From Basidiobolus meristosporus CBS 931.73 (taxonomy: Eukaryota > Fungi > Basidiobolomycota): DNA of 64,000 nt. The notes below the pieces were generated by a model, which saw only the letters and a list, made by a program, of their open reading frames with translations, was not told the DNA's origin and made no database searches. Positions 52,301 to 64,000 of this stretch are shown here, one piece after another. The translations under genes were made by a program, and so were the position numbers. Numbering within the stretch: position 1 is the stretch's first letter; each line of letters starts with the position of its first letter. The stretch spans positions 15,758 to 79,757 of the forward strand of contig MCFE01000411.1 in NCBI GenBank assembly GCA_002104905.1, read 5' to 3'.

Positions 52301-52970
52301 CAAACTTGCAGTTCCCAAATATATAAGCCTGTATGTCTTCTTCATAGTCATTGATCTTCATTCTTACTGGCTGGGTAATACGGTTGATTATGTGGAAGTT
52401 CCCATCAGCTGTGGAGACTGAAGTTGATTTGGTAGGTTCCGAGTTGATTCCAGCTTTCAAAGCAAATTGCTCTGACATGTACTCATGCAATGCTCCTGAG
52501 TCAATCATGATCTTGGCAGGTACTCCATTGATTACTCCATTCAAGTACAATAACTTCCCTGAGTTTGAAGTCATTTGGGACAAGTACTCTTCTGTCATAT
52601 GGAAGGTGAGTTCTGAGTCTTCTTCAAGCTCATCTTCCACATTACTGTGTTCATTGGACTCAATATGGTTGAAGGTTCTTGTTGGCTGGTGTCCATTTCT
52701 TCTCTGAGGGCAGTACTTTGCAATATGTCCCTGCTGGTGGCAATTGAAGCAAAGTCCCCTCTTCTTGCATTCTTCTGAGGAGGGATTCTTCTGCATAGCG
52801 TCTATTTCCATTGGTACTGCTTCTGATTGTCTTCTTTCATAATGATTATAGCCTTTCTGATTAGTCACTGTAGGCTTCCCAACTCCAAACATAGCTGAGT
52901 CATAGTCAATGGCAATCTTGATGGCTTCTTCAATAGTCTGAGGTCTTTGGTAATTGACTTCCTTGCGAGT
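49386..52970 (-). CDS. pol: Ty3/gypsy Gag C-terminus and Pol (zinc knuckle, PR, RT, RH, IN), open for ~1190 codons
   Basis: [14 protein letters not shown] knuckle; IDSGA protease; RT ([32 protein letters not shown]); RH ([12 protein letters not shown]); IN HHCC plus IDF/SDG/ERFN. No chromodomain seen. Confidence 0.95.
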   Translation of the reverse strand, partial: TRKEVNYQRPQTIEEAIKIAIDYDSAMFGVGKPTVTNQKGYNHYERRQSEAVPMEIDAMQKNPSSEECKKRGLCFNCHQQGHIAKYCPQRRNGHQPTRTFNHIESNEHSNVEDELEEDSELTFHMTEEYLSQMTSNSGKLLYLNGVINGVPAKIMIDSGALHEYMSEQFALKAGINSEPTKSTSVSTADGNFHIINRITQPVRMKINDYEEDIQAYIFGNCKFDLVLGKTWLFCRNPSINWRTHATQIQKDNKTYELLPARLDFNLVNSSVCETSELSKTQFCRALRKGTQMFLMAVLQEDSSTPAPQQVQTLLKKYSDVFPDELVSLPPVRDVDHAIDTGDSPPVSKTPYRMSPLELEEMKRQVDQLLEQGYIRPSKSPWGAPVLFVKKKDGTLRMCIDYRALHSVTVKNKYPIPRVDELLDQLNGATIFSKIDLMSGYNQIRVKPEDIPKTAFRTRYGHYKYLVMSFGLTNAPATFMTLMQTVFQEYLDKFVIIYLDDILIYSKTEKDQMVHIEKVLKKLRENKLYGKLAKCEFFKEHVEYLGHIVTSTGVTLDPKKVEVIKNLKQPHSISELRSFHGMVSYYRRFVKSFASIAAPLTDILKKDNNYKWDIACETAFQTLKNELAKLPSLRIPDFRKEFTLCTDASDYAIGGVLSQEHEGKDYPVAFESKKLNSAEQNYPVHEKEMLAIKHCLKTWRCYIEGVKCTVKTDHASLKYIFTEKVLSRRMTRWSEYIQQLDLEIVYCPGKNNTVADALSRLDQVAQLNLVHESDWPSRLPKYLEDQAIPNEVDEDIKKIIRDEASKFVVQNETLYQIVDGSPIAYCPYVACLDLIHKLHNGYGHLGIEGTYSLVKARAWWPRMKQDIEKLVKTCPNCQINQGQPQRIAKLFPLEPVRPFERWRIDFIGRLPTTRKCNCWILVAIDLATKWPVAKAVPIASEQEVASFIYHEILMKFGCPVEILSDGGANFMAKTLEAYLELQQIRHLKTSAYHPRTKGVTERFNGLFGKMLTKYAIGVVSRWDEYIDQALFACRVRVHNTTQQSPFYLVYGCEPRIPGDLTQPKLTDTLGDELSQPSRHQQLEQRRQEAQTKVSQSVEKMKQRFDKTIALEALTVGNFVLLRNNTWKKFEPQRTGPFKIIRECPFATYQLVDKQGNIREDLVHRDRLKLARLADNTEPSRYWYHKKRDSGEPSQL

Positions 52971-53498
52971 TCATTCTTTCAACCCATCAATAAAGTATTC
53001 AACTTGATCCAAGGGGTCCATTCTTTCAATTTGTCCAAGTAGACATCTGTACTCATAGATGTATTCTTGCACCATTCCTTTCTGTCTGAGTGTCTTTAAC
53101 TTCCTTCTTAGTAGTGTCTGCTGGTGTGGAGGTTCAAAAGCATCCTGAATTTCTGACACAAACTCTTCCCAGGTAGAGATTGTAGAGCATCCCATCATAG
53201 TAGCTGACCTGATCTTGTTGTGGTACCACTGTAAAGCTGCATAATACAACTTGCTCTCTGGAGCAGTTCCTTTAGCTTTAAAAGCTTCTTCAATCTGAAA
53301 GAGCCAAGTTCCCAGGTTTTCACTGACTCTACCATGGTACTGGTTGACCTTCACACTAAAGTTGCTCTTGACAGGGCTTTGCTGGCTCTGAGCCATGGTA
53401 GTCATTCCTTGTTGCTGTTGGCTGAGGATCTGGAGTAGCTGTTGCTGTTGGGCCAGGATTTGCTGCATGGCATTCTTCCATTCTTGATTGTCCAACAT
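52971..53498 (-). CDS. gag: Ty3/gypsy Gag, N-terminal part, ended by an in-frame TGA
   Basis: Retrotrans_gag-like sequence (WLFQIEE, TWEEFVSEIQDAF, LRQKGMVQEYIYEYRCLL). Same frame as the downstream ORF. Confidence 0.88.
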   Translation of the reverse strand: MLDNQEWKNAMQQILAQQQQLLQILSQQQQGMTTMAQSQQSPVKSNFSVKVNQYHGRVSENLGTWLFQIEEAFKAKGTAPESKLYYAALQWYHNKIRSATMMGCSTISTWEEFVSEIQDAFEPPHQQTLLRRKLKTLRQKGMVQEYIYEYRCLLGQIERMDPLDQVEYFIDGLKE

Positions 53499-54744
53499 CT
53501 TGAGGGTGGTTTCTTCTTTCTTCAGGAGGGAGGTTTCTGATTATCGCTGCTACCAATGTTACAAGTCTTGGTATAAGAGTTGTAGAGGAATAGGGAGTTT
53601 AGCTAGTATTGTACTCACTAAAACTTGAACTGATTTTTATTGAGGTTCCAGCAGCTCCTTATATACATTTTGCCAGATCAATTGCTGACTAATTGTATTT
53701 CCTAATGTAGCTTGTGGCTGATGACTCATTTGATTGCCTCATCATCACCCAATAAGACCCTACTTAATATATCTATTTCTGTCTGATAAGGATCTGCTGA
53801 TTCATTTGCTGACTAATGCTACTGATTTCATAGATAATACTGATATACTGATAACCTAAACATATACTAATTGATTTGACTAAAAACTGATCTAACTTAA
53901 ACATTCAAGCGGCAGATCATAACACTCCTTAAAAAAGTACTTGACCAGCCAATCCTGCTGGCCACTGATTCTCATTAATCTGAATCTGCCACCCATCTTA
54001 TGGTATCAGAGCAATAATCTGATGGGAGTCTCACAGGTATCTGAGCCTAAATTGCAATCCAACCTGGATAGCTACCTGTATCCATTGCTAGATGAATTTT
54101 GTAAGCTTTCCAGCAGGATAATGGTAAGTGGCCATCATGTAAAAGCACATATTATTATCTGCATTGGAGATACCCCACCCATCAGCAAGATAGCAGGTTT
54201 TTAGAAGGTTTTCATGGGTGACAATGGAACATTTGATGCAGTGGGAGAAGGAATTATCCAAGTAGACCTTTGAGGCAGAGAAGGAAGCCATATACTACCT
54301 TTAAAGGAGTACTCTATGTACCAGAAATAGGCAAGAACCTACTATCTGTATGCAAGGCCACAGCAGAAAGACTCAATTTCAGCTTTGACAATTCTGGATG
54401 CAGGATCACTGATCAAAATGGGGTTTGTGTTGCTCTGGGTATCAAAGATTAGAATATGTGGAAGTTGACTTAAATTCCATTATATTTGGAAGCCAATATA
54501 AGTAACCTCAATGAAAAAACACCAATGCTTTGACACAGGAGATTTGGACACATATGCTCAGATTACTTGCACACAATGTTCAAAGATCAGCTAATTTCCA
54601 GAAAACAAATTGATCCCCTAGCTAATATGAATTACTGTGAAGCCTGCATGTATGGGAAACAAGCCAGACAACCACTCAAGGGCTCTGAGTTAATCAAAAC
54701 TCAGAAAAATATAGATCTAATTCACTCAGATCAGTGTTGACCAA

Positions 54745-55815
54745 TGTAGTGGGGTGACAGTGACACCCACTGACAGATGTGCTCATTCCCTTATTTTCTA
54801 CTTCCCTATATCTCTACTACACTTATTTTAGTTTTATCCCATTTGTCTTACCCAATCAGTACTCTCCCATAAGCCAGTTGACTATCACACCTGCTTACCT
54901 TATTGCATAAGTTACCCCTCACTTTATGTAAGATTACTAGCTATAAGTACTTCTATATTAAGCAAGTACCCGCGCCAGTACCCGTGACACATGATCAGCC
55001 CGTGTCACCATCCCTACCATTTCCATTCCATATATGGTATCCCCATGTTACACAGGTTTCAGAATACTGATTCCTGATTGGTTGGATGTGCTGTGCCTCT
55101 TAGAACCTTCCGGCACCTACTTAGAACATTCTTAGGTCATTCTGATGTCATTAAGATTTCTATTGATCTCCGGAACCTTCTGGAACACCATGATTAGTAA
55201 TCACTTAGCCAGTGAGAAAAGTATATAAGGGAGGCTATCCCTCAACAATAAATCATCATCCCTTTTATCAATATACCGACTTGTTGATTAGTGTGATCAC
55301 TGCTACCTGCTGCTACCTGAACTTCCAACCCCAGACCACAGGACACTCCCAGGAAACCGCGCTGATAGCCAACTGACCTTGGAGGCACTACTTGTGAGGA
55401 ATACTCAGAGTAGGTATCTTTTATTATATTTGATTCTTTCCCAAGTTTGTTCTTGTACAGGCAAAGATACTTTTCTGTCTTTGTAACTATTGACCACAGC
55501 TGCATTCTTATCAAGTCCCTGCTGGTGGAGTTTACAGTTGTTTTGACTTTGGAAGCTTTAGTACATTGTCATCTCAAAGGACGCTGAACCCAGCACATAC
55601 TTTTGTTAAGACGCCAACTAAGTTAGGGATTGTAGCTCAATAGTTTTCCCTTGACAAGCTTGTGGCTTTATTCCCCTTCACATTAGATTAGAGACAGAAC
55701 CCAAGTATTCCTAGCAAGCTTTTGCCAGAGGTTATCGCACCCAGTGAACACCCCACACACAAAACACTTGAGAAGTGTTGGACGTATCTCTCCCTTGGAC
55801 TTATACACCACCACA
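54745..55815. repeat. Solo LTR, 1071 bp
   Basis: TG...CA; 4-bp TSD CCAA (54741-54744, 55816-55819). Removing it restores the copia IN sequence. Confidence 0.93.
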
Positions 55816-57244
55816 CCAATGCAAAATTTATCCTTAGGCAGGATGAAGTATTTAGTCACAGTTATTGATGATTATACAAGATACATATGTGTCTACTTCA
55901 TAGAGTGAAAGTCAGAATATCTGTCTAAGTTCAGGGAGCTCAAAACCATGGTGGAGAGAGAAACTGGTGAAAAAATCAAGAAAATATGCTCCAACAATGG
56001 TGGAGACTAGTACTCAAAACTCTTCATCCACTTCTGCCAAATTCATTGGATAAAGGAAGAGACTCTTGTACCATACTCCTCACAACAAAATGGAGTAGCA
56101 GAATATGCAAATGGATCAATAATTGATATTGCAAGACCTATGATCCATGATCAAAAATTATTCAATGATTATTAGGCCAAATCAGTTGCTACAGCTGTAT
56201 ACCTTGAAAATGGAGTTACAACAGAATCCTTTGTGATTCCACTCCTCTTGAAGAATGGTATAGATACACACCAGGTACAGAACATATAAGAATATTTGGG
56301 TGTACAGCATATGCCAAAAAACTGCCTGGATATCAGCACCAAATTGAAGCCAAAAGGTGTAAATAGCATCATTTTGGGCTACTGCAATGAGAGTAAACAT
56401 ACACACTCTACAACACCAAAACAGAGAAGCTAATGAAGTCCACAGATGTGTTGATTGATGGAAACTCAAATCTTTCACAAAAAATGACATCATTTGATGA
56501 CAAACATATGATCTCAAGACCACCAATTGTCAAGATTGAGTCAGAGCAAAACCATGAGAGCTTATCAGTCCAGAGGACTCTACAACTGTGTTTCAGCCAA
56601 AATGAGTGCCCAGGAATATCCCAGAAGTGACCATCCCAGTCTCAAATGCCTGGAGATCCAATCATACAAGAAATAGCCCAAACTACTAAATCAATGAGGG
56701 TACAAACTTAGCCTATGCCTATTCAGACTATATTGATGAGCCCCAGATTGTAAAAGAGGCCCTAAATAGCCCTCAGACAAAGTTTTGAAGATCTGCAATG
56801 ACTGAGGAATATCAGGCCCCAATGGAAAATCAAACTTGGGACTTTGTTAAATTACCAATCAACCAAAAATCAATTGCATGCAGATGGGTCTTCAAAGACA
56901 AAATACAAGGCTGATGGTACAATTGAAAGATACAAAGCAAGACTTGTGGTCAAAGGATACTCTCAAACAAAAGGACTTGACTATACTGAGACCTTTGCAC
57001 TGGCAGCCAAGTTTATTTCCATCAGAGTAGTATTGGCTATTGCAGCCAAATATAAGTTTTTCTTTCATCAGATGGATGTAAAAGCTGCATTTGTGAATGG
57101 AGAACTTGATGAGGACATGTTTATGGACCAGCCTGATGGATTTGTTGACTAAGATAATTCCCTTTTGGTCTGCAAGCTTAAAAAGTCTTGATATGGACTC
57201 AAATAATCACCAAGAGCCTGGAATTACAAAATAGATTCTTATTT

Positions 57245-57624
57245 AACAACCACAGAGTACCAGTCTCCCATTCATTCAACTAGAGATAGGGGGTTGGATC
57301 TATTTGGGAATGCTCCAGTTATTTTCTGGAGCCCAAATATGACCAACCTCCTGGGGAGAGCCATCAACCCATTTAGATGGGAGACCAAAGGGGTGGGGTC
57401 AATTGAGTCAGCAGGTCAAAGCCACAGGACCACATTCATGATTGGCCCCTAGAATTTAGTAGTTTTTCCTGCCAGGGAAACTGCTATCAGTGAAAGCTAA
57501 CTTGATTAGCTGGCTGCCCCAGGCAATGGCCCCTCCTGTCTTTTGATCCCAGCTCCTTGAATTGCCCCCCCCTTATAAATTGATTAGCAGTTTCTTCCCA
57601 GCCCCCTGAGTGGGGGATTTTTCC
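57245..57624. other. Unidentified 380-bp insert replacing ~49 bp of copia RT
   Basis: Sits between gattcttattt and aagccagagagagc. No match elsewhere in the window. Confidence 0.6.
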
Positions 57625-57768
57625 AAGCCAGAGAGAGCAAATCCAGTTCTATTAGCTCTATATGTGGATGATCTTACTATAGCCACCAATAACCTCAAAA
57701 CATTGGAAGAGACTAAATCCAGCCTATCTAAAGAGTTCAAAATGTCCAACCTAGGAGAACTCAGTTAC

Positions 57769-58121
57769 TGTTATGTATAGACACAAGGCAGGAGAGTAGT
57801 GCTAGGCAAGGCAGGACCAGAAAAGGACTTAAGTGTGGATCAACAAGGCAAGGCATGTTTTCAAGGCAAGGTGGATTTCCAGGGCAATGCTGTTTATTCA
57901 AGACCTGTGTTTATCAGGCTGAGGAATAGATAAGGGGGATAGGACTATATATACTTTTTGGCAATATGGATGCCAAGAGATAATGGCTATACTGATGGGG
58001 TTCTGGGGTGAGGCACACTAAGTGTGCCAAGATAGAAACATACTAAAGAACAAACTAGAATATTACATGGCAATATGACATGGGTTGGCTGATCATGTGC
58101 CCAGCTTATATGACATGTAAC
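57769..58121. repeat. Partial LTR of the 47720-48264 family
   Basis: Starts tgttatgtatagacacaaggc, the reverse complement of the 48264 end. Confidence 0.8.
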
Positions 58122-61100
58122 AGTTGTAAGAGTCTTGGAGATATTGGAAGTGATTGGGAGTACAAGCAGATTATGAGTTTTCACTTAATGATTTATTGAA
58201 TGTAAAAGTAGTATTTATACTATTACATGGTCTTGGCATTACAAACATGTAGAATAGCTTAAGAAAGGTTCCAAGAACATGTGTTCCAAGTTTTGGGCTG
58301 TTTGGACAAGTTTGAGAATTTTCATGTTCTGGGTACCTGGTATTTTGGTGAAAATATTCTATTAATTACCAACAAGGAATTTGATCAGTATTCTCAGGGA
58401 CTTGAAGGTAATGATCTAAGTGACTAAGTTGGGCAAATATTTAGGTGGAAGTTACAAATTTTTACAACACTCCCACCCAGCTAAATGTTCATACTGACTA
58501 GTCCTAATTTTGACTTAAAATATTCAAGCTTGCCTCTAGCTAATGGTTTGGTAAGTATGTCTGTAATCATTTCATCTGTAGGACAGTAAACTAAGCTAAC
58601 CAAGGTATTCTCTATAGCTTCACATATTCAATGATGTCTAATATCTATGTGTTTGGTTCTAGCATGAAAAGTTGGATTTCTACCTAATTGCATACATCTT
58701 GGATTATCTTGAAATAAAGTAATAGGTGTTTTTTGACATAGGCCTAAATCTGTAAAAAGCTTTCTTAATCATATTGCTGCTTTTGTAGCCTCACAGGCTG
58801 CTATATACTCTGCCTCAGTGGTAGAAAGTGCTACGGTTGGATGCTTTCTTGAGTTCCATGAAATTGCTTCTTTATAGTAAGGAAAGGTGTATCCTGTGGT
58901 GGATCTTCTGTCTTCCAGATTTTGTCCCCAATTGGTATCATAGTATCCTACAAAATCCTGTTCTGAATCCTTATTAGTGTATCTTAAGCAGATATCAGCA
59001 GTTCCTTTTAGGTATCTTAAAATCCGCTTAACTGCTGCAATATGATCAGATCCAAAATTCTGATTATGTTGGCTGACAACTCCCACTGAATATGAGATAT
59101 ATGGATGTGTTCTATGCATGATATATACCAGACTGCCAACCATTGATTGATAAGGAAAGTCAGGGCTTTCAGATGGCACCAAGCTTGCTTGATTTGGTTG
59201 AGTTTTGACCAAGTTAAGGTTTGTCTCCATTGGGGTAGCTGCTGGTTTACAGTCTTCCATTTGGTACTTCTTTAGTGTATCTTGCATATACTTGGATTGG
59301 GTTAGGCTAATAGCCTGGTACTTCTGTCTATAGAGAACTTAATCCCTAAGTAGTAACTGAGCTCTCCTAGATTGGACATCTTGAACTCTTTAGATAGGCT
59401 ATATTTAGTCTCTTCCAATGTTGCTAGGTTATTGGTGGCTATAATAAGATCATCCACATATAGAGCTAATAGAACTGGATTTGCTCTATCTGGCTTATAG
59501 TATGTACTATAGTCAGCATTACTCCTTTTGAAACTCAAGCATTCCAAATAAGAGTCTATCTTGCAATTCCAGGCTCTTGGTAATTGTTTGAGACCACATA
59601 GTAACTTTTTAAGCTTGCAGACTAAATAGAGGTTATCATGGTCAACAAACCCATCAGGTTGGTCCATATACACATCCTCATCAAGTTCTCTATTCAAAAA
59701 TGCAGCTTTTACATCCATTTGATGAATAAAAAACTTACATTTGGCTGCAATAGCCAATATTATTCCAATGGAATTAAACTTGGATACTGGTGCAGAGGTC
59801 TCAGTATAGTCAAGTCCTTTTGTTTGAGAGTATCCTTTGACCACAAGTCTTGCTTTGTATCTTTCAATTGTACCATCAGCCTTGTATTTTGACTTTGAAG
59901 ACCCATCTGCATGCAATTGATTTTTGTTTGATTGGTAATTTAACAAAGTCCCAAGTTTGATTTTCCATTGGGGCCTGATATTCCTCAGTCATTGCAGATC
60001 TTCAAAACTTTGTCTGAGGGCTATTTAGGGCCTCTTTTACAATCTGGGGCTCATCAATATAGTCTGAATAGGCATAGGCTAAGTTTGTACCCTCATTGAT
60101 TTAGTAGTTTGGGCTATTTCTTGTATGATTGGATCTCCAGACATTTGATACTGGAATGATCACCTGCAGGATATTCCTGGGCACTGATTCTGGCTAAACC
60201 ATGGTTGTAGAGTCCTCTGGAGTGGAAAAATCTCATTGTTTTGCACTGATTCAATCCTGACAATTGGTGGACTTGAGATCAGATTTTTGTCATCATGTGA
60301 AGTCATTTTTTGTGAAAATTCTGAATTTTCATGAAAGAACACATCCCTGGACTTGATTACCTTATTTGCTTTGGTATTGTAGAGTCTGTATGCTTCACTC
60401 TCATTGCAGTAGCCAAATATGCATATCACACTTGTTGACTCAAATTTTGACTGACTGCCAGGCAGTTTCTTGGCATATGCTGTACACCCAAATATTCTTA
60501 GATTTTTGGAACTTGGTCTGTATCTATACCATGCTTCAAATGGAGTAGATTCACAAAGTACTCAGTTATAACTCCTATTTTTAAGATATACAGGAGTGGC
60601 AACCAATTCTGCCTAAATATCATAGGATAATTTTTGATCATGGATCATAGATCTAACCATATCAATTATAATCTGTTAGCATGTTTTGATACTCAATTTT
60701 GCTGTGGGGAGTATGGTACAGTAGTCTCTTGCTTTATCCCATGAATTTTGCAGAAGTGGATGAAGAGTTTGAGGTATATTCTCCACCATTGTCAGGGTGT
60801 ATTTTCTTGATTTTTTCACCAGTTTCTCTCTCCACCATGGCTTTAAACTCCCTGAGGTTGGATAGAGCTTCTTCCTTTCTCTCTACAAAGTAGACCCATG
60901 TGTATCATGTATAAGCATTAATACAGGTGATTAAATACTTCATCCTGCCTAAGGATAAATATTGCATAGGTCCACACAGATCTGAGTGAATTAGATCAAT
61001 ATTTTTCTTAGTTTTGATCAACCCAGAGCTCTTGAACAGTTGTCTGGCTTGTTTCCCATATATGCAGGCTTCACAGTGCTCCAAATTGGCTGGGGATCAA

Positions 61101-62796
61101 TTTTACTCCAGAAATTAGTCCATCTTTGATCATTTTGCACAAATAATTCAAACTGATGTGCCCAAATATCCTGTGCCAAAGCATTGGTGTTTCTTCATTT
61201 AAGTTACTTATATTGGCTTCCAAATATGATGGAATATAAGTCAGCTTGTGTAGATGCTGATTGCAGATACCCTAGGCAATATGGGCACCATTTTGATCAG
61301 TGATCTTGCATCCAGAATTGTCAAAGTTGAAACTGAGTCCTTCTTCAGTGGTCTTGCTTACAGATAGTAGGTTTTTGGCTTTTCTGGTACATAGAGTGCT
61401 TCTTTAAAGGTTTGGGTATGGCTTCCTGCACTGCTTCTTAGGTTTACTTGGATAGTTTGTTCTCCCACTGCATCAAGTGCTCTACTGTCATCCATGAAGA
61501 CCTTCTTAATTGGAAAATCTTGATATAGGGTAAAAGGTGCTTTTTGATGTGTAAAGTGTTGAGATGCTCCAGAGTCAATATACCACGTCTGAGAATCCTT
61601 GTTTGTGGTCAAATTTAGTACAGATATGAGTAGTCTATCTTCAGTTGTTGCAGCATTTCCATATTCAGGCTTTTTCTGCTGACTATCTTTCTTTTTGAAG
61701 CATTGGTCTGATGTATGTTTTTTCCTTTTGCAGCAGTTGCAAAACATGTTGCTGATGCCTTTGTAGGGTCTTGGGAACCTCCTTTGTTGGTTATCATTGC
61801 TTATTAAAGCATTTTCTTCTTCCTTCTTATTGGCACTTGATTTTCTTAATTCTTCATCCTGGAGCCTTCCATATATGCAATTTAAGGTCAAATCATCTGT
61901 TCTGGACTCTAGGGCTGATACAAGGCCCTGAAGCCTGTCTGTCAGGATATTCAGGATGGCAACTATCATATCCTCACCAGTAGTTGGTACACCCACAGAT
62001 TTCATTTCATCTACCAGCAAGGTAATTCTGTTAATTAGATTTTGCATTTCTACTCCTGGCTGCATCCTTGTAGTAGAGAATTTTTGCCTCAGATATATTC
62101 TCTTGGCAGCTGAACATGACTGGTAGGTGTCTTCTAATGCCTTCCAGGCATTTGTTGCTGTTTTTGCTCTTGAGCATTGAATTAGCAATTTGTCCTTTAA
62201 ATTGAGGCAAATGCAGTTGAAGGCACTTTGTTCTTTCTTCTGGTACTTTAAGGCATCTTCTCCCACATTTTTGGGAGGGCATTCTTCTCTCATGACAATA
62301 TCTCAAAGGCCTCTTTCTTGTAGAAGCATCTTCATTGTCACCTTCCACACTTGGTAATTAGATCCATCCAGCTTTTCAGCAGAGGGAAAAATTCCAGTAA
62401 TAGCAGTAGTAGACATTGCAGAGAATGACTGCTTGGGGCTCATAACCTGTTGTAAGAGTCTTGGAGATATTGGAAATGATTGGGAGAACAAGTAGATTAT
62501 GTGGTTTTCACTTGATGATTAATTGAATGTTAAAGTAGTATTTATACTATTACATGATCTTGGCATAACTAACACATAGAATAGATTAAGGAAGGTCCAA
62601 AGAGCATTTCTGAAAAGTTTGGGGCTGTTTGGATTATTTTGAGAATTTTCATGTTCTGGGTACCTGGTATTTTGGTGAAAATATTCTAAGTAAATCCTGA
62701 CAAGCAATTTGGTCAGTATTCTCTAGGATTTTACGGTAATGATCCAAGTGACTAAATTAGGTGGATATCTAGGTGGAATTACAAACTTTTACAACA
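58122..62796 (-). mobile_element. Copia copy G, full length but degenerate
   Basis: LTRs 58122-58469 and 62448-62796, clearly more diverged from each other than those of copy B; PBS 62436-62447; PPT 58470-58480; gag-PR ORF 61358-62293, RT 59302-59946, RH 58769-59287. Confidence 0.93.
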
Positions 62797-64000
62797 GTAA
62801 TTTGGCTAAGTCCCAGGTTTGATTTTCCATCAGGGCCTGATATTCCTCTGTCATTGGAGATCTCCAAAACTTTGTCTGAGGGCTATTCAGGGCCTCTTTT
62901 ACAGTCTGGGGCTCATCAATATAGACTGAATAGACATAGGCTAAGCTTGTACCCTCACTGATATAGTAATTTGGGCTATATCTTGTCTGGTTGGATCTCC
63001 AGGCATTTGAGACTGTAATGGTCACTTCTGTGATATTCCTAGGCACTGCTTCAGCCTGAACCACAGTTGTAGAGTCCTCTGGAGTGAAAAAATTCCCATT
63101 GTTTTGCTCTGATTCACTTGTGACAACTGGTGGACTTGAGATCAGATGTTTGTCATCATCTGGTGTCATTTTTGGGAAAATTCTGAATTTTTATCAAACA
63201 ACACATCCCTGGACCTAATCAGCTTATTTGCTTTGGTATTGTAGAGTCTGTATGCCTTACTCTTATTGCAGCAGCCCAAAAATATGCATTTTACACTTTT
63301 TGGCTCAAATTTTGACTGACTTCCAGGCAGCTTCTTGGCATATGCTGTACACCCAAATATTCTTAGATGTTCTGCACTTGGTCTGTATCCATGCCATGCT
63401 TTAATGGAGTAGAAACATGAAGTATTCCATTATAATTCCTATTTTTAAGGAATACAGCAGTGGCAACTGATTCCACCCAAAAATCATAGGATAATTTTTG
63501 ATCATGGATCATAGATCTAACCATATCAATTATGATCTGTTAGCATGTTTTGCTACTCCATTTTGCTGTGGGGAGTATGGTACAGTAGTCTCCTGCTTTA
63601 TCCCATGAATCTTGCAGAAGTGGATGAGGGGTTTTGAGGTATATTCTCCACCATTGTCAGAATGTATTTTCTTGATTTTTCACCAGCTTCTCTCTCCACC
63701 ATGGCTTTAAACTCCCTGAACTTAGACAGAGCTTCTTCCTTTCTCTCTATGAGGTAGACCCATGTGTATCTTGTATAATCATCAATACAGGTGATTAAAT
63801 ACTTCATCCTGCCTGAGGAAAAATTTGCATAGGTCCACACAGATCTGAGTGGATTAGATCAATATTTTTCTTAGTTTTGATCAACCCAGAGCTCTTGAAC
63901 GGTTGTCTGTTGTGTTTCCCATATATGCAGGCTTCACAGTGCTTCAAATTAGCTGGGGGATCAATTTTACTCCAGAAATTAGCTGATCTTTGATCATTTT
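62797..64000 (-). mobile_element. Copia fragment H (IN to RT start), runs off the window end
   Basis: Collinear with 59940-61120; IN-like ORF fragments 63598-63840 and 62789-63169. Confidence 0.9.

Larger units (their letters stand above)
49008..53924 (-). mobile_element. Full-length Ty3/gypsy LTR retrotransposon (4917 bp)
   Basis: 368-bp LTRs 49008-49375 and 53557-53924 with about 9 differences; 4-bp TSD CTCC; PBS TGGTAGCAGCG (53555-53545); PPT agaaggggagaa (49387-49376); domain order gag-PR-RT-RH-IN. Confidence 0.98.
47046..54200 (+). mobile_element. CACTA internal segment interrupted by a solo LTR and the gypsy element
   Basis: Transposase core reads FALALDGIS (to 49007) and continues as ..SCWPLILINLNLPP..IGDTPP (53925-54200) across the gypsy insertion. 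Confidence 0.85.
54201..57768 (+). mobile_element. Copia fragment F (PR to RT), with a solo LTR and an unknown insert
   Basis: Collinear with 22510-24660; interrupted at 54745-55815 and 57245-57624. Confidence 0.88.

Noticed and set aside
52971-52973. Programmed gag-pol readthrough at the TGA
   Set aside because: The stop lies mid-capsid, before the zinc knuckle, and the paralogous remnant has Arg there. Mutation is the simpler explanation.
58117-62801. gtaac/gtaat as the TSD of copia G
   Set aside because: The two flanks belong to different elements, and gtaat is native copia RT sequence, so the match is probably coincidental.
2848-64000. Classical ascomycete RIP (CpA>TpA)
   Set aside because: CA and TG remain abundant and the loss is concentrated on CpG, so no CpA-type signature is visible by eye.

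Overview
Eukaryotic, almost certainly fungal, genomic window. Support: a short GT-AG intron and fungal-type tRNAiMet primer-binding sites. The exact lineage cannot be fixed from the sequence alone. The first ~2.6 kb is CpG-rich host DNA carrying the 5' part of a glucose-6-phosphate dehydrogenase gene on the minus strand (exons 479-443 and 375-<1), which the ORF track missed. The remaining ~61 kb is a CpG-depleted, deeply nested transposon cluster. It holds about ten copies or fragments of one Ty1/copia family with a Ty5-like half-tRNA PBS and one nearly intact Ty3/gypsy element broken by a single stop codon. It also holds solo LTRs of three families and several decayed copies of a ~5.4 kb CACTA/EnSpm-like element with CCCTATGA termini and a divergently oriented accessory ORF. 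Three copies of a 733-bp, almost fully palindromic element with 3-bp target-site duplications are present. The most unusual signals are that palindromic element and two cases where neighbouring inverted repeats share a near-identical tract including private mutations (265 bp between the arms of one palindrome; ~345 bp between two inverted copia copies). These suggest local homogenisation of inverted repeats, although an assembly artefact must be excluded.
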